From Chlamydiota bacterium (GTDB taxonomy: Bacteria > Chlamydiota > Chlamydiia > Chlamydiales > SM23-39), in contig JBEHXF010000001.1 in assembly GCA_048498835.1 (NCBI GenBank), positions 1 through 64,000 on the forward strand: a stretch of 64,000 nucleotides of DNA, read 5' to 3'. Positions within the stretch are counted from its first letter, which is position 1. Each line of letters begins with the position of its first letter. Below are positions 19,761 through 29,510 of this stretch, one piece after another. The translations under genes were made by a program, and so were the position numbers. Below the pieces are notes generated by a model. It searched no databases, was not told where the DNA came from, and worked only from the letters and a program-made list of their open reading frames with translations.

Positions 19761-19880
19761 AAAACAAACCCGTTTTTTAAATTCAGCTAAAGAAGAGTCA
19801 ATGCGAAGAGGAGCTTATCTCATATTGAATTTTTTTTGACCTACAAAAAACTCAGCCACCGAAGAAATGCAACCACAGAG

Positions 19881-22472
19881 TTAATGAATTTGCAAACCCT
19901 GTTCACGTAATGCGCGAATAGACGCAACTTCGATCTGCGGGCAATCGCCAATCAAAATATGACACTCCGGAACCACCTTCATTTTCGCTAAACCTCGCGC
20001 CGTAATCTGCGGACAATTTATAAGGGTCAATTCCTGTAAAGGCTGACGAGCTAACGAGTCAAAAGCTTCATCATTCAGCCCACTACAATGTTCAAGTTTC
20101 ACTCTCATCAATGAGGGTGATCTTTTCCTTAAAAATGTCTTCAATTTTGGAAATCCTTCCAAAATCAAACAATCCAATTCAGGATTTTTTTCGCAAAACT
20201 CACTCAACGCCTCATCGTCCACTTCTTTTCCATCTGTGAACCATGAATAGTACAGTTTCCCTGTTGCCATTTGAATCAACTCTTCTCTCTTCGTATTTTC
20301 TAGCGAGGCAGCCAAATAGATCAATTCTGGACACTGACCTACAAAACGGACCAGCGAATCGCCCCTTACCTGTCGACACTCTTTCAAAATCAAAGCTCGG
20401 AGTGGCAAACCTTTTTTTTCGGGCAATTCAATCAGATCGTCCAACCCCTTTAAAGTTAAAAAAACAAGTTCTGGGCAACCTTCAATCAGTTTCTTTACCC
20501 CCGCACCGGTCATCAAGGAGCAATAGGAGGCATTCAAAACAGCTAATCTCCCACAATGTTTTCCGATCCAATCCAAGGCACGATCGGTAAATAAAGGCGC
20601 ATTCGATAAATTGATCTCATGCAATTGCTCGGCCTTCTCTAAAGCTTGCAAAGCGCGATCTGTTAACAAAGAATTGGATAGATCCAGACATAAAGCCGCA
20701 GGCTGCCCTTTTACCCAATCAGACCATTCCTGATCTTTAATTCCAACTGGCGCTTTCAATTCAAACAACCTGTTTTGCATGGATGGAGGCGACCATTTTT
20801 TTTCGCAAAAGAGTCTCTCAACTTCTCTAAAATAATGGTGCGCTTCTTCGACATACTCTTTCGCTAAAGAGGTATTGCCCAAATTGTTCAGTTCCTGTGG
20901 ATCTTCTTTCAAATTATAGAATGAGACACTTCCGTCATCGATCGCTTTCATCGAATTTCTGATCACTCCAACACTATTTCTCTTACCTGGCAAAAAGAAA
21001 TAGACAACTTTTTCAATCCCTCTTCGCAAACTCCTGCCTACTCCGTGCTGAATCGCCTCAATTCCTAATAAATCCAAAACCGTGGGCATTAAATCCAACT
21101 GACTCGACGGTGTATCAATCACCTGAGGATCGATTCCTTTTCCTAAAATCAAAAGAGGAACATGCAAATTTTTCTCCTTATAGTAATCGCTCCGAAGGGC
21201 CACGTTTTTCCCCTCCATCTCTTGCCCATGGTCGCCAAAAACAAACACAATCGACTGTTCGAATAGTCCTTTCGTTTTTAACCTTTCGATCAATTTATGT
21301 AGGGCATAATCAGTGTAGGAAAAGGTTTGCAAAAACTTCCGATACAAGGGATCTACCTTCTCTTCCATTGGAAAATTCCATCCCTTTGGCGCAATCCAAG
21401 GGTGATGATTCGAAATCGTAAACAGCGACAAAAAAGTTGGCCCTCCTTGCTTCTTTAACCAATCTGCAGCCCGATCAACCACAACCTCATCATGGACACC
21501 CCAGCTCGTTTTTTCTCCCTCCAAATCGTCTTTTCCAACAATCGTTTCAAACCCATGACTCTGAAAAAAGGGAAAGGTATGATCGAATGCTGTCGATGCC
21601 CCTTGAAATAATGCCGTCCGATATCCCTCTTTTTTCAACACATCAGCCAATCCGATCATCGGGATTTCCGCATACGATCGCAAACTCTGCGTATCTAAAT
21701 AGGGCGGCACCCCAAAGAGTGAGGCAATCGCAGCCTGATACGTCTGAATTCCTCCCGCGTAAAATCGGCTAAATAAGACTCCGCTTTTCGCCAATTCATC
21801 AAAGTGAGGCGAAGCTTTTATCTCTGCGCCCAAACAACCCACATTCTTCGCCCGAAAAGATTCTAGGAACACAAAAATTACATGTGGTTTCTTTACTTCA
21901 ATGTCAAACAGCTTTACACCCGAAAAACCCTCTACTTTTCGCAATAGAGGATACCCCTGTAACAGGGAAGTGAACTTCTCGGTAGGAAAATTCCACTCAT
22001 ATTTGCCCGCCTTCTCTCTTTTCTTTCGAAACCAATGGCGCTGCCAAACATACAAGACATTCTCAACACACTCTCCAGGAATCCAACTTCCCAATCCGCT
22101 AAAAATAAACAGCCCAAGCCAAAGTTCCCATCGATCGGAAACACCCAAACAGGAAATACTCGTCAATAAAACAGCTGTAAATCCAATTTTTTTGATCGGT
22201 AAATCGTGAAGCGAATCGATAAAAGAGCTCGGATGCCTTAGATAGCTCCAAATCTCAGGACCCATGCTTATGCGCCAGTAGTAAGCTCCATACCAACTGG
22301 CCAACATCCAAAAGGTCAAAAGAGTCCATAAAACCCAGCCCCACGAAAGCCATCCCAGTAATAGCATGGCCTCACTGGCTACGAAAAGGTCTTGAAATAG
22401 CCCCCGTACGGCCTTTCGCCCCTCTATAAAACGACAGACCAAAAATGGGGTAATTAGGAGCGGCTCGACCAT
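19881..22472 (-). CDS. LtaS/sulfatase-family membrane phosphotransferase fused to C-terminal Cys-containing leucine-rich repeats
   Basis: N-terminal TM segments; VFLESFR, catalytic Thr (GIQT), TISNHHPW, FGDHG, VPLLI, SQLDLMPT. From about residue 595, LRR-CC units (LNASYCSLMT, LEHCSGLND, LINCPQIT). Confidence 0.85.
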   Translation of the reverse strand: MVEPLLITPFLVCRFIEGRKAVRGLFQDLFVASEAMLLLGWLSWGWVLWTLLTFWMLASWYGAYYWRISMGPEIWSYLRHPSSFIDSLHDLPIKKIGFTAVLLTSISCLGVSDRWELWLGLFIFSGLGSWIPGECVENVLYVWQRHWFRKKREKAGKYEWNFPTEKFTSLLQGYPLLRKVEGFSGVKLFDIEVKKPHVIFVFLESFRAKNVGCLGAEIKASPHFDELAKSGVLFSRFYAGGIQTYQAAIASLFGVPPYLDTQSLRSYAEIPMIGLADVLKKEGYRTALFQGASTAFDHTFPFFQSHGFETIVGKDDLEGEKTSWGVHDEVVVDRAADWLKKQGGPTFLSLFTISNHHPWIAPKGWNFPMEEKVDPLYRKFLQTFSYTDYALHKLIERLKTKGLFEQSIVFVFGDHGQEMEGKNVALRSDYYKEKNLHVPLLILGKGIDPQVIDTPSSQLDLMPTVLDLLGIEAIQHGVGRSLRRGIEKVVYFFLPGKRNSVGVIRNSMKAIDDGSVSFYNLKEDPQELNNLGNTSLAKEYVEEAHHYFREVERLFCEKKWSPPSMQNRLFELKAPVGIKDQEWSDWVKGQPAALCLDLSNSLLTDRALQALEKAEQLHEINLSNAPLFTDRALDWIGKHCGRLAVLNASYCSLMTGAGVKKLIEGCPELVFLTLKGLDDLIELPEKKGLPLRALILKECRQVRGDSLVRFVGQCPELIYLAASLENTKREELIQMATGKLYYSWFTDGKEVDDEALSEFCEKNPELDCLILEGFPKLKTFLRKRSPSLMRVKLEHCSGLNDEAFDSLARQPLQELTLINCPQITARGLAKMKVVPECHILIGDCPQIEVASIRALREQGLQIH

Positions 22473-22559
22473 ATACGGATCATAGGATTAATAACCTCAA
22501 AAATCAATTATATAACACATTCTTCGCAAGTCACTAATTATTAAACATTAAAGACTCAT

Positions 22560-22630
22560 TAATTATAGGTATAATATGAAATATTTTTGTTATAATTAGA
22601 TTTAATTTTTTACTTAAAAATGGTATAATA
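22560..22630 (+). promoter_or_regulatory. AT-rich divergent promoter region with several TATAAT boxes
   Basis: GGTATAATAT twice and TGTTATAAT once in the 22473-22655 gap. Confidence 0.45.
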
Positions 22631-22655
22631 TTATTAAACAACCAATAAGATAACT

Positions 22656-23690
22656 ATGAGCTTTGAACAAACGCTAATTCGTTCATTAGATAACCCAGTA
22701 GCCTTTGAAACGTTATTTGATTCAATGCTAAAAGAAGAAAGCGCGTACTTCTTGCAAAATCGGATTAACACAGCAGAAGCAAACATTCCCAAGATGGATA
22801 AGCTAATTGCTGAGGCTCGAGATTCCCTCCGCTCCAAGGTTCAAGCAGCTGTTAAACATGCTGGAATATTTACTCGAATTTACATTTTTTTAAGTTCACG
22901 CTTCGGCGATTTTGCAACTAGAATTAAGATAGCCGTTCTCGATTCATTCGAATACAGAGTCCGAGACATCTCGACAAACAATATAAGACTTTGGGACCTA
23001 GCCGATATTACCAACACCATCGGAGCGGCTATTCTAAATTATCCAAAGATGGAAGCAATCCGCTCTACAACCGAATATCCATTTTTAAAAACTGAGCTCG
23101 GCTTAAGCGATGCACAAATCTTCCGCCTCTTCAAAATAGCCGAACAACAAACGAAATCAAAAAACATTGACCAAGCATCTTCCTATCTAAAAGAACGACG
23201 CTCACTTTTCCTGTTTTACAAAGAGCACAATCAGTTAATCAATAGACTTACCGGCCCATTGGCACTTGTGGTCGATTATCTAGACAATTCCAAGATTCCC
23301 GCCGATTTAGAAGAGAAAGAACTTCTTTTTGAATGTGTGTCTCAAATGGCGGCATGCTTCCAAAAAGCAAATCCAAAGGCACTCGATCCTTCATCAAAAT
23401 TAGCAGAAATCATTCTTCCCCAATTTTCTTTCCAGTGGTTCCTCAGCCAAGATGATCTATTGAACAAAGCGCCTAATTTAATCAACTCGCCATTTATTGA
23501 GCCCTCAACTGTCGACAATTCGGAAGACGAGGACGCTTTCACTCCACTCACACTCTCTCGTCACTCAACACCTTCTACCACGCCCTCTTCTCCGCAAACA
23601 CCAATCCGAATTCTTCTCAATGGGGAACTTTTAAATTTGAACCATCAAAAAAACCTAGGGGAAAAACATGTCGATCACTATTTGGTCTAG
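22656..23690 (+). CDS. Hypothetical protein (orphan, effector-like)
   Basis: 344-aa ATG ORF; helical core, then acidic and Ser/Thr/Pro-rich tail. Confidence 0.7.
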   Translation: MSFEQTLIRSLDNPVAFETLFDSMLKEESAYFLQNRINTAEANIPKMDKLIAEARDSLRSKVQAAVKHAGIFTRIYIFLSSRFGDFATRIKIAVLDSFEYRVRDISTNNIRLWDLADITNTIGAAILNYPKMEAIRSTTEYPFLKTELGLSDAQIFRLFKIAEQQTKSKNIDQASSYLKERRSLFLFYKEHNQLINRLTGPLALVVDYLDNSKIPADLEEKELLFECVSQMAACFQKANPKALDPSSKLAEIILPQFSFQWFLSQDDLLNKAPNLINSPFIEPSTVDNSEDEDAFTPLTLSRHSTPSTTPSSPQTPIRILLNGELLNLNHQKNLGEKHVDHYLV

Positions 23691-24897
23691 CAATTCTGTA
23701 ATAAGACTCGCATCGGCTGTTTTGCAAAAGGAAACAGCGCAGCAATCGACCATTACGTTACTTGCACAAGAAAAACTACAAACAACTAAGGCCAACCCAA
23801 TCGCTGAAAGCTCGTTAAAAGATCGAGTCCGTCTTCTCGTTCGCGCACAAGTAATCCGAGAAGCTTCATTCATTACTCGGCTATTTTTACTAATTTTTCC
23901 ATTTATCACAGATTACATCATCAATCCAGCCGTTGAAATAGCCTTTGCCCACCATCTAAGAAGCCAAGAGATCAAAGCGACCCCCGGCTCCTGCCAATCA
24001 GAAAAAATGAGAAATCACTCTCTTTTAACGTCTACAGAAACTCTTTCCGCCTCAGATCTCAACCATTTCGTTCGAATGGTTCGAGCAACACACCTACAGA
24101 GCGACATTGCTTATGCTAACCGATTAGAGAAAGTCCCCGATCTCCAATTTGAATTTTCAAAACTCACTTCAGAAGAGCGCAGACTTGTCCAAGATTACGC
24201 AAAACTCTCCTTCCTTTTTCATCACAAAACAATCACCGAGTCTCCATACGAGGCTTGTGAATGGTTAATCGAAAAAATAAACCATTACCCATTCAATCAA
24301 ACATTAGCTTCGCTCGTCTTTCATCCTGTCGAATTACAGCTCTTAATGAACACCGACCTCATTCAAGCCAAAACTACTTTCAATCCTAAATCATTAGAAG
24401 AAGCTCTGGTCCAATCCAGAGTAGCCCCTTCTCAATCAGTCCCTTTGCTCGAACCTTCTTATACCTCTTTACAACTAGCTACACTCGCTACAATAAATGG
24501 AAAAGTAGATGTAGAGTTACTGAATCTTCTAGAGAAGATGAATGGATCTACACCGATCGCTTGGATCCATAAAAAAGTTCTCAAAGATCCAACTCGAAAA
24601 AACTTGGAATCTGGCCCCTCTTCTCGCTCGCAACTAGTATTCCAAAACTTTCAAAAAATGAGCCCGACTCGCGTAGAGTGTCGCTATACCTTGGAAGGTC
24701 AACTTCATGCGAATGGGACTTCTTATCCGATCGGCGAATACGAAATCGTCATCCCTCTTGAGAAAAATAAAGACGGATGGTCAATCGGCCCCGTCCGTCT
24801 CAATGATCCGGTTGAAGATGATTCCGATAGCCAGCCAACTTTATATCCAGTCGACTCTTATGCGACTACTTCCTCGGATAGCTCTGACAGCGATTAA
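23668..24897 (+). CDS. Hypothetical protein (orphan, effector-like)
   Basis: 409 aa; AGGGG RBS; Ser-rich N-terminus and acidic SSDSSDSD C-terminus. Confidence 0.72.
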   Translation: MSITIWSSNSVIRLASAVLQKETAQQSTITLLAQEKLQTTKANPIAESSLKDRVRLLVRAQVIREASFITRLFLLIFPFITDYIINPAVEIAFAHHLRSQEIKATPGSCQSEKMRNHSLLTSTETLSASDLNHFVRMVRATHLQSDIAYANRLEKVPDLQFEFSKLTSEERRLVQDYAKLSFLFHHKTITESPYEACEWLIEKINHYPFNQTLASLVFHPVELQLLMNTDLIQAKTTFNPKSLEEALVQSRVAPSQSVPLLEPSYTSLQLATLATINGKVDVELLNLLEKMNGSTPIAWIHKKVLKDPTRKNLESGPSSRSQLVFQNFQKMSPTRVECRYTLEGQLHANGTSYPIGEYEIVIPLEKNKDGWSIGPVRLNDPVEDDSDSQPTLYPVDSYATTSSDSSDSD

Positions 24898-25349
24898 GAA
24901 AGAAATGAGCTCACGATTTGATTGAATACGTCCTGAGTTTTGTTTCCGTCTCGACTTAAATCGCTGTACTTATCGCTATTGGGATTACATAAAATCTTCT
25001 CGATTTCACTTTTCACGCCTTGCATTTTATATGTTTTTACTTTTGGACCATAGACGCGCATCAACTCGTTTGTTCTCGCGACAATCCACTTGTCTCGATG
25101 CTCAGCATTTTTAGCTTTAGTTGTCTTGATTCCTCTTCGCTGGTATTCGGCTTCACGCTCTTCAGGGTTTAAATAGGCTGTTTGCCAACCCTCTCCAAAA
25201 GTATAAATTTTTACTACAGAAGCTAACTTCGTTCCTGGCCTTCGGACATTATCATACAGGGGCTGAGAGCTTTCGCCGCAATTTAATAACTCAAAAATTC
25301 CCCATTCCTCTCCTGTCAATTCCCGAGTCTTCGCTATAGGTGTGCTCAT
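24894..25349 (-). CDS. Hypothetical protein
   Basis: GGGAGA RBS before ATG 25349 (MSTPIAKT); no motif recognised. Confidence 0.62.
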   Translation of the reverse strand: MSTPIAKTRELTGEEWGIFELLNCGESSQPLYDNVRRPGTKLASVVKIYTFGEGWQTAYLNPEEREAEYQRRGIKTTKAKNAEHRDKWIVARTNELMRVYGPKVKTYKMQGVKSEIEKILCNPNSDKYSDLSRDGNKTQDVFNQIVSSFLS

Positions 25350-25418
25350 AAAATTCTCCCATTTCAGGGTAGCTAGTTTATTCGACACGCCGAATTAGAT
25401 TCGCCAGCAAAATATCCT

Positions 25419-26849
25419 TTGTGTATAGAAAGAATTATGCTCGCGCAAATCTCAAAAGCCCCCGGGAAATTCGACTGCTTGAAATCGCCTAGCGTTTTGG
25501 CGTTAGAGAATTTGGATTACACCACTTTCCATCTCATTGCCCTCATCCTCTTTGTCGCGGCGATTATCCACACCCTTTCTGTCCGCAAGATCCACCATTG
25601 GGCTAGGACAATTGAGGCGAAGCAAGCCCCTAAACGGGCAGGGAAAAGAGACAATCGCAGCTTAGGAGTGCAAGCTCTCTATTTCCTTTCAGAAGTAGAA
25701 ATCATCTTTGCCCTTTGGGTCATCCCTCTTTTTTTCGCCATGGCTAGCTGCTGCGGTTTTTACACTGCTCTCAACTACATCAACACCCGCGATTTTACCG
25801 AGCCACTCTTCGTCGTCATCATCCTCAGCCTCTCGATGAGCCGCCCCATTGTCGATTGTGCAGAAAATGTAATCGGCTTTCTTGCCAAAGGGCTAGGCGG
25901 CACCCTCTCGGCTTGGTGGTTCACCCTCATCACCATTGGCCCCATTCTCGGATCTTTTATCACTGAAGCGGGAGCCATGGCCATTACCGCCGTTCTTCTC
26001 TCTCGCAAATTTTATGAACATAACCCGAGCAGAAAACTCGCCTACGTGACAATCGCGCTCCTCTTTGTCAACATTTCTGTTGGGGGAGTCCTGACAAACT
26101 TCGCATCACCCGCAGTGCTCATCCTATCCCATTCCTGGGGCTGGTCTAATCACTACGTCTTTGCAACCTTTGGATGGAAAGCCGTTCTTGGCATTTTGGT
26201 CACCAACACCCTCTACTGGTTTCTCTTCCGTAAAGAATTTACAGAACTCAATCAGCGCCAACAAGCAATAGCGCAGCTTCATCCCAAACCAGTTGAAGAG
26301 AAAAAACCCATCCCCCACTGGATCACAGTCACCCACCTCTTGTTTATGGCCCTGATCGTCCTCACATCTCACTATCCGGCCATTTTCATTGCCGCTTATC
26401 TCTTTTTTATCGGATTTCATCAATCGACAAAGAGCTACCAGTGCTCGCTTAAACTCGCACGACCACTGCTCGTCGGCCTCTTCTTAGCCGGACTCGTCAT
26501 TCATGGGGGATTGCAAGGCTGGTGGGTTGTTCCACTCCTCAGCGGCCGCTCACCTTTAGAAGTATTAGGGCTTACCATCTCGCTTACAGCGTTCAACGAC
26601 AATGCTGCAATTGCCTATCTCTCCACCTTGATCCCTTCTTGGGGAGAACTCTATAAGTACGCTCTTTTTACCGGTGTGATTGCAGGGGGTGGGCTAACCG
26701 TCATCGCCAACGCGCCCAATCCAGCAGGCTACGTCATTCTCTCGAAACATTTTGAAGATGGCGTATCGCCACTCAAGCTCTTTCTAGCAGCCCTCTTGCC
26801 AACCTTCATCATGTATATGTTCTTTCTCTTCTTCAGCAACCTAATCTAA
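25419..26849 (+). CDS. Putative Na+/H+ antiporter (Na_H_antiport_2-like family)
   Basis: Multi-TM protein; LSEVEIIFALW, FTEPLFV, GSFITEAGAM, NDNAA, GGGLTVIANAPNPAG. Start uncertain. Confidence 0.8.
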   Translation: MCIERIMLAQISKAPGKFDCLKSPSVLALENLDYTTFHLIALILFVAAIIHTLSVRKIHHWARTIEAKQAPKRAGKRDNRSLGVQALYFLSEVEIIFALWVIPLFFAMASCCGFYTALNYINTRDFTEPLFVVIILSLSMSRPIVDCAENVIGFLAKGLGGTLSAWWFTLITIGPILGSFITEAGAMAITAVLLSRKFYEHNPSRKLAYVTIALLFVNISVGGVLTNFASPAVLILSHSWGWSNHYVFATFGWKAVLGILVTNTLYWFLFRKEFTELNQRQQAIAQLHPKPVEEKKPIPHWITVTHLLFMALIVLTSHYPAIFIAAYLFFIGFHQSTKSYQCSLKLARPLLVGLFLAGLVIHGGLQGWWVVPLLSGRSPLEVLGLTISLTAFNDNAAIAYLSTLIPSWGELYKYALFTGVIAGGGLTVIANAPNPAGYVILSKHFEDGVSPLKLFLAALLPTFIMYMFFLFFSNLI

Positions 26850-26866
26850 AAAGCTTTTCCGCAATA

Positions 26867-26979
26867 AATCACAGAGTCCACAGAGTTGAAATCGAGTTAC
26901 ACAGAGAAAAACAATACGTGAAACTGAATTCGATTATTCCTCTGTGCAGCTCCCTTGTATCTCTGTGAACTCTGTGATT
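26867..26979. repeat. Palindromic CACAGAG/CTCTGTG intergenic element, copy 1
   Basis: AATCACAGAGTCCACAGAG...CTCTGTGAACTCTGTGATT (18/19 inverted match); three CACAGAG on the left arm and three CTCTGTG on the right. Confidence 0.85.
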
Positions 26980-26993
26980 ATCTTTTAGAACCC

Positions 26994-27461
26994 CTAAATT
27001 CTCGATAGGGCTCTATATCCAAAGAGCAACAGGGGAACTGAGGCGAAGACATAGAGAAACCAAAGACGGGCATCCCACTTTAAAATCAAAGCCCCGTGGG
27101 TTTGAAATAAGAGGAGAAAAACTCCCAATAAGAAAAGCTGAGCGCCAAAGGTAAACAGAGCTGTGGCAATCAAAGTAGTTTTGGTATCAGAAGATTCTTC
27201 TTGAGAAGAGGGAGCTTCTTCACGGGGCATGATCAGTTCCTCAGTCGGTGGAGTATAAATCGGTTCTTCGGTGCGAGGGGGGGGATAGAGAGCTGTACCG
27301 CCTAATTGTTTGACAGAATGAGCAGATGCGCTAAAGGAAGATCTTTGCTGTTCGGGCTTTTCCTCACGTAAATCGGCCGCGCAAAAAGGGCAGACGATCA
27401 CATCCAAATCGACTTCGCCTTCGCAATTGTAGCAGAGTTTTTGGCGCTTTTTAGGCTTCAT
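26994..27461 (-). CDS. Conserved chlamydial membrane protein with N-terminal zinc ribbon (CT556-like by recollection)
   Basis: CYNC...CPFC, Pro-rich linker, two C-terminal TM helices; lies near lpdA-lipA. Confidence 0.7.
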   Translation of the reverse strand: MKPKKRQKLCYNCEGEVDLDVIVCPFCAADLREEKPEQQRSSFSASAHSVKQLGGTALYPPPRTEEPIYTPPTEELIMPREEAPSSQEESSDTKTTLIATALFTFGAQLFLLGVFLLLFQTHGALILKWDARLWFLYVFASVPLLLFGYRALSRI

Positions 27462-27589
27462 CGGGATCCCATCCAAGAAAATGATCATAGCAACAGAGTG
27501 AGAAAAGCTTCCACCAGAAATTCTCATCATCTTCTATTGACAAATAGATTCTATAGAAGGAAAATCTTTTTCATTCCCTTCTTGGTTGC

Positions 27590-29429
27590 ATGGAATTTAA
27601 TGAACTTGTCGCTACGCTAGAAAATAACGGCGAAAATGAGCGTATAGAAGCTAAAAAAGCTGAACATTCCCTTGGGATCAGCATTTTAGAAACCATTTCA
27701 TCGTTTAGCAACGAACCGGATATGGGAGGCGGATACCTTAGTTTTAGGAATAGAAAAGAACGATTCCTTAGATCCCCCATATTATACACCAATCGGCGTT
27801 CGAGATTCCGAACAAACTCAAAGCGACCTAGCTACTCTTTGCCGCCAACAATTTAGCATTCCGATCAGGCCTCTCATTCAAACTATCAAATATAAAGAAA
27901 AAAACATCGTTCTTGCTCACATCCCCGAAATAGCCGCTCATGAAAAGCCGCTTTACATTAAAAGCAAAGGCATTGAGCAAGGATCATTTAGGCGAATAGG
28001 ACTTACTGATCAATTATGCACGAGAGAAGATATAGATTATTTTTATCGACTCCGTTCTCGTAAAAGATACGAAGAAACTCTGATTGAGAGTGCATCAATA
28101 GAAGATATCGAGGGACACGCCCTTCAAATTTATAGAAACATTCGAAAAGAAATTGACCCTAGTGCAAAAGAACTTAATTACTCAAACGAAGATTTATTGT
28201 CGGCTCTTCAAACAAGAGTATTAGAAAGAGGAAAATACTCTATAAATATTGCCGGTCTTCTCCTTTTTGGCACTTCTGCTGCTCTAAGAAAATATCTTCC
28301 TATGCAAGCAGAAGTTGACTATCTCATGATTGAAGGGAGGAAATGGGTTTCAAATCCAGATAAGCGATATAGTGGGATAGAAGTTCGTGAACCTTTAATT
28401 ACAGCTATTCCTCGCCTACAAAGCCTTATCATGACTGATATTCCTCAGGCTTTTTCATTAAAAGTGGATGAATTGCAAAGAGAAGACAATCCGATTATTC
28501 CTCGCAAAGTAATTCGGGAAGCTCTTTGTAACGCACTTATGCACCGCGATTATGCACAGGGTCAACCCGTTCAAATTCGAAGATATTCCAATCGAATTGA
28601 ATTTGCTAACGCAGGGTACACTTTAAAATTAGAAGATCACTTAGGACTCCCTGGTTCTGTTAATCGAAATCATATTATTGCCAATGTCCTCCGTGATGTG
28701 CGTTATGCAGAGGCGAAAGGCACGGGAATTCAAACCATGCGAGAATTGATGCGAAAAGCCAATCTCTCTTTTCCCTTATTTGAATCTGATCGAGCAGCTA
28801 ATCAATTTACACTAACACTTTTGACACATCATCTTTTTGACGAAAGAGATATTCAATGGCTCTCTCAATTCAAAAAATATAATTTAAAAAGCGAAGAAGC
28901 TCGCGCTATGATTATTCTTCGAGAAATGGGAGCGATGACTAATAGAGATTATCGAACAATCAATACAGTTGATACTCTGACTGCAAGCCATGATCTTCGA
29001 CATCTCCGTAATAATGGCCTGATTGAACAAAAAGGGAACGGTCCTAAAACTTATTATATTCCAACCTCCACTTTTTTATCTGTCCAACCTGGGGAGCTTG
29101 AGACCAAACCTGGGGAGCTTGAGACCAAACCTGGGGAGCTTCTCCTTCAACCTGAGGAGCTAGAACTTCTTCCAAAACATCTGTTAGCTTCCATAAATTC
29201 TCGAAAAATCCCTCAAAAAAAATTGAGAAGTATGATTAAAGCCCTCTGTTTTAGAAACCCTAAAACGCTTGGACAACTTTCTAACCTTCTAAAGCGAAAT
29301 AACCAGTATTTAAGAGAAGCTCATCTTCAAAAAATGATCGAATCAAAAGAACTAGAATACACGATCCCAGAAAACCCCACCCACCCCAATCAGGCCTATA
29401 AAACAGAGCAAGCACCTGAGAATGAATAA
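27590..29429 (+). pseudogene. AlbA_2 (Schlafen-like) / RecG-C-type ATP-binding / wHTH protein with one +1 frameshift near 27740
   Basis: ENERIEAK...SFSNEPDMGGGYL in frame 0 continues as VLGIEK in the +1 frame, open through 28197 to 29429 (REALCNALMHRDY, RIEFANAG, RNHIIA, EAKGTGI). Confidence 0.8.
29086..29169 (+). repeat. 21-nt intragenic tandem repeat (PGELETK)
   Basis: AACCTGGGGAGCTTGAGACCA twice exactly, then two degenerate units. Confidence 0.9.
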
Positions 29430-29510
29430 TATACAGCTCTTCTATTTTGGGTTTTATGCCCATTTCCTGTTTGTGCTATCATAATGAGCTAATCGTTAGG
29501 AGATTTTTTC

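Noticed and set aside
19871..19880. Isolated CACAGAG here and at about 4568 as further copies of the palindromic element
   Set aside because: Single heptamers without the opposite arm are expected by chance.
29086..29169. CRISPR-like array
   Set aside because: Units are contiguous without spacers, in frame within a CDS, and no cas genes are present.
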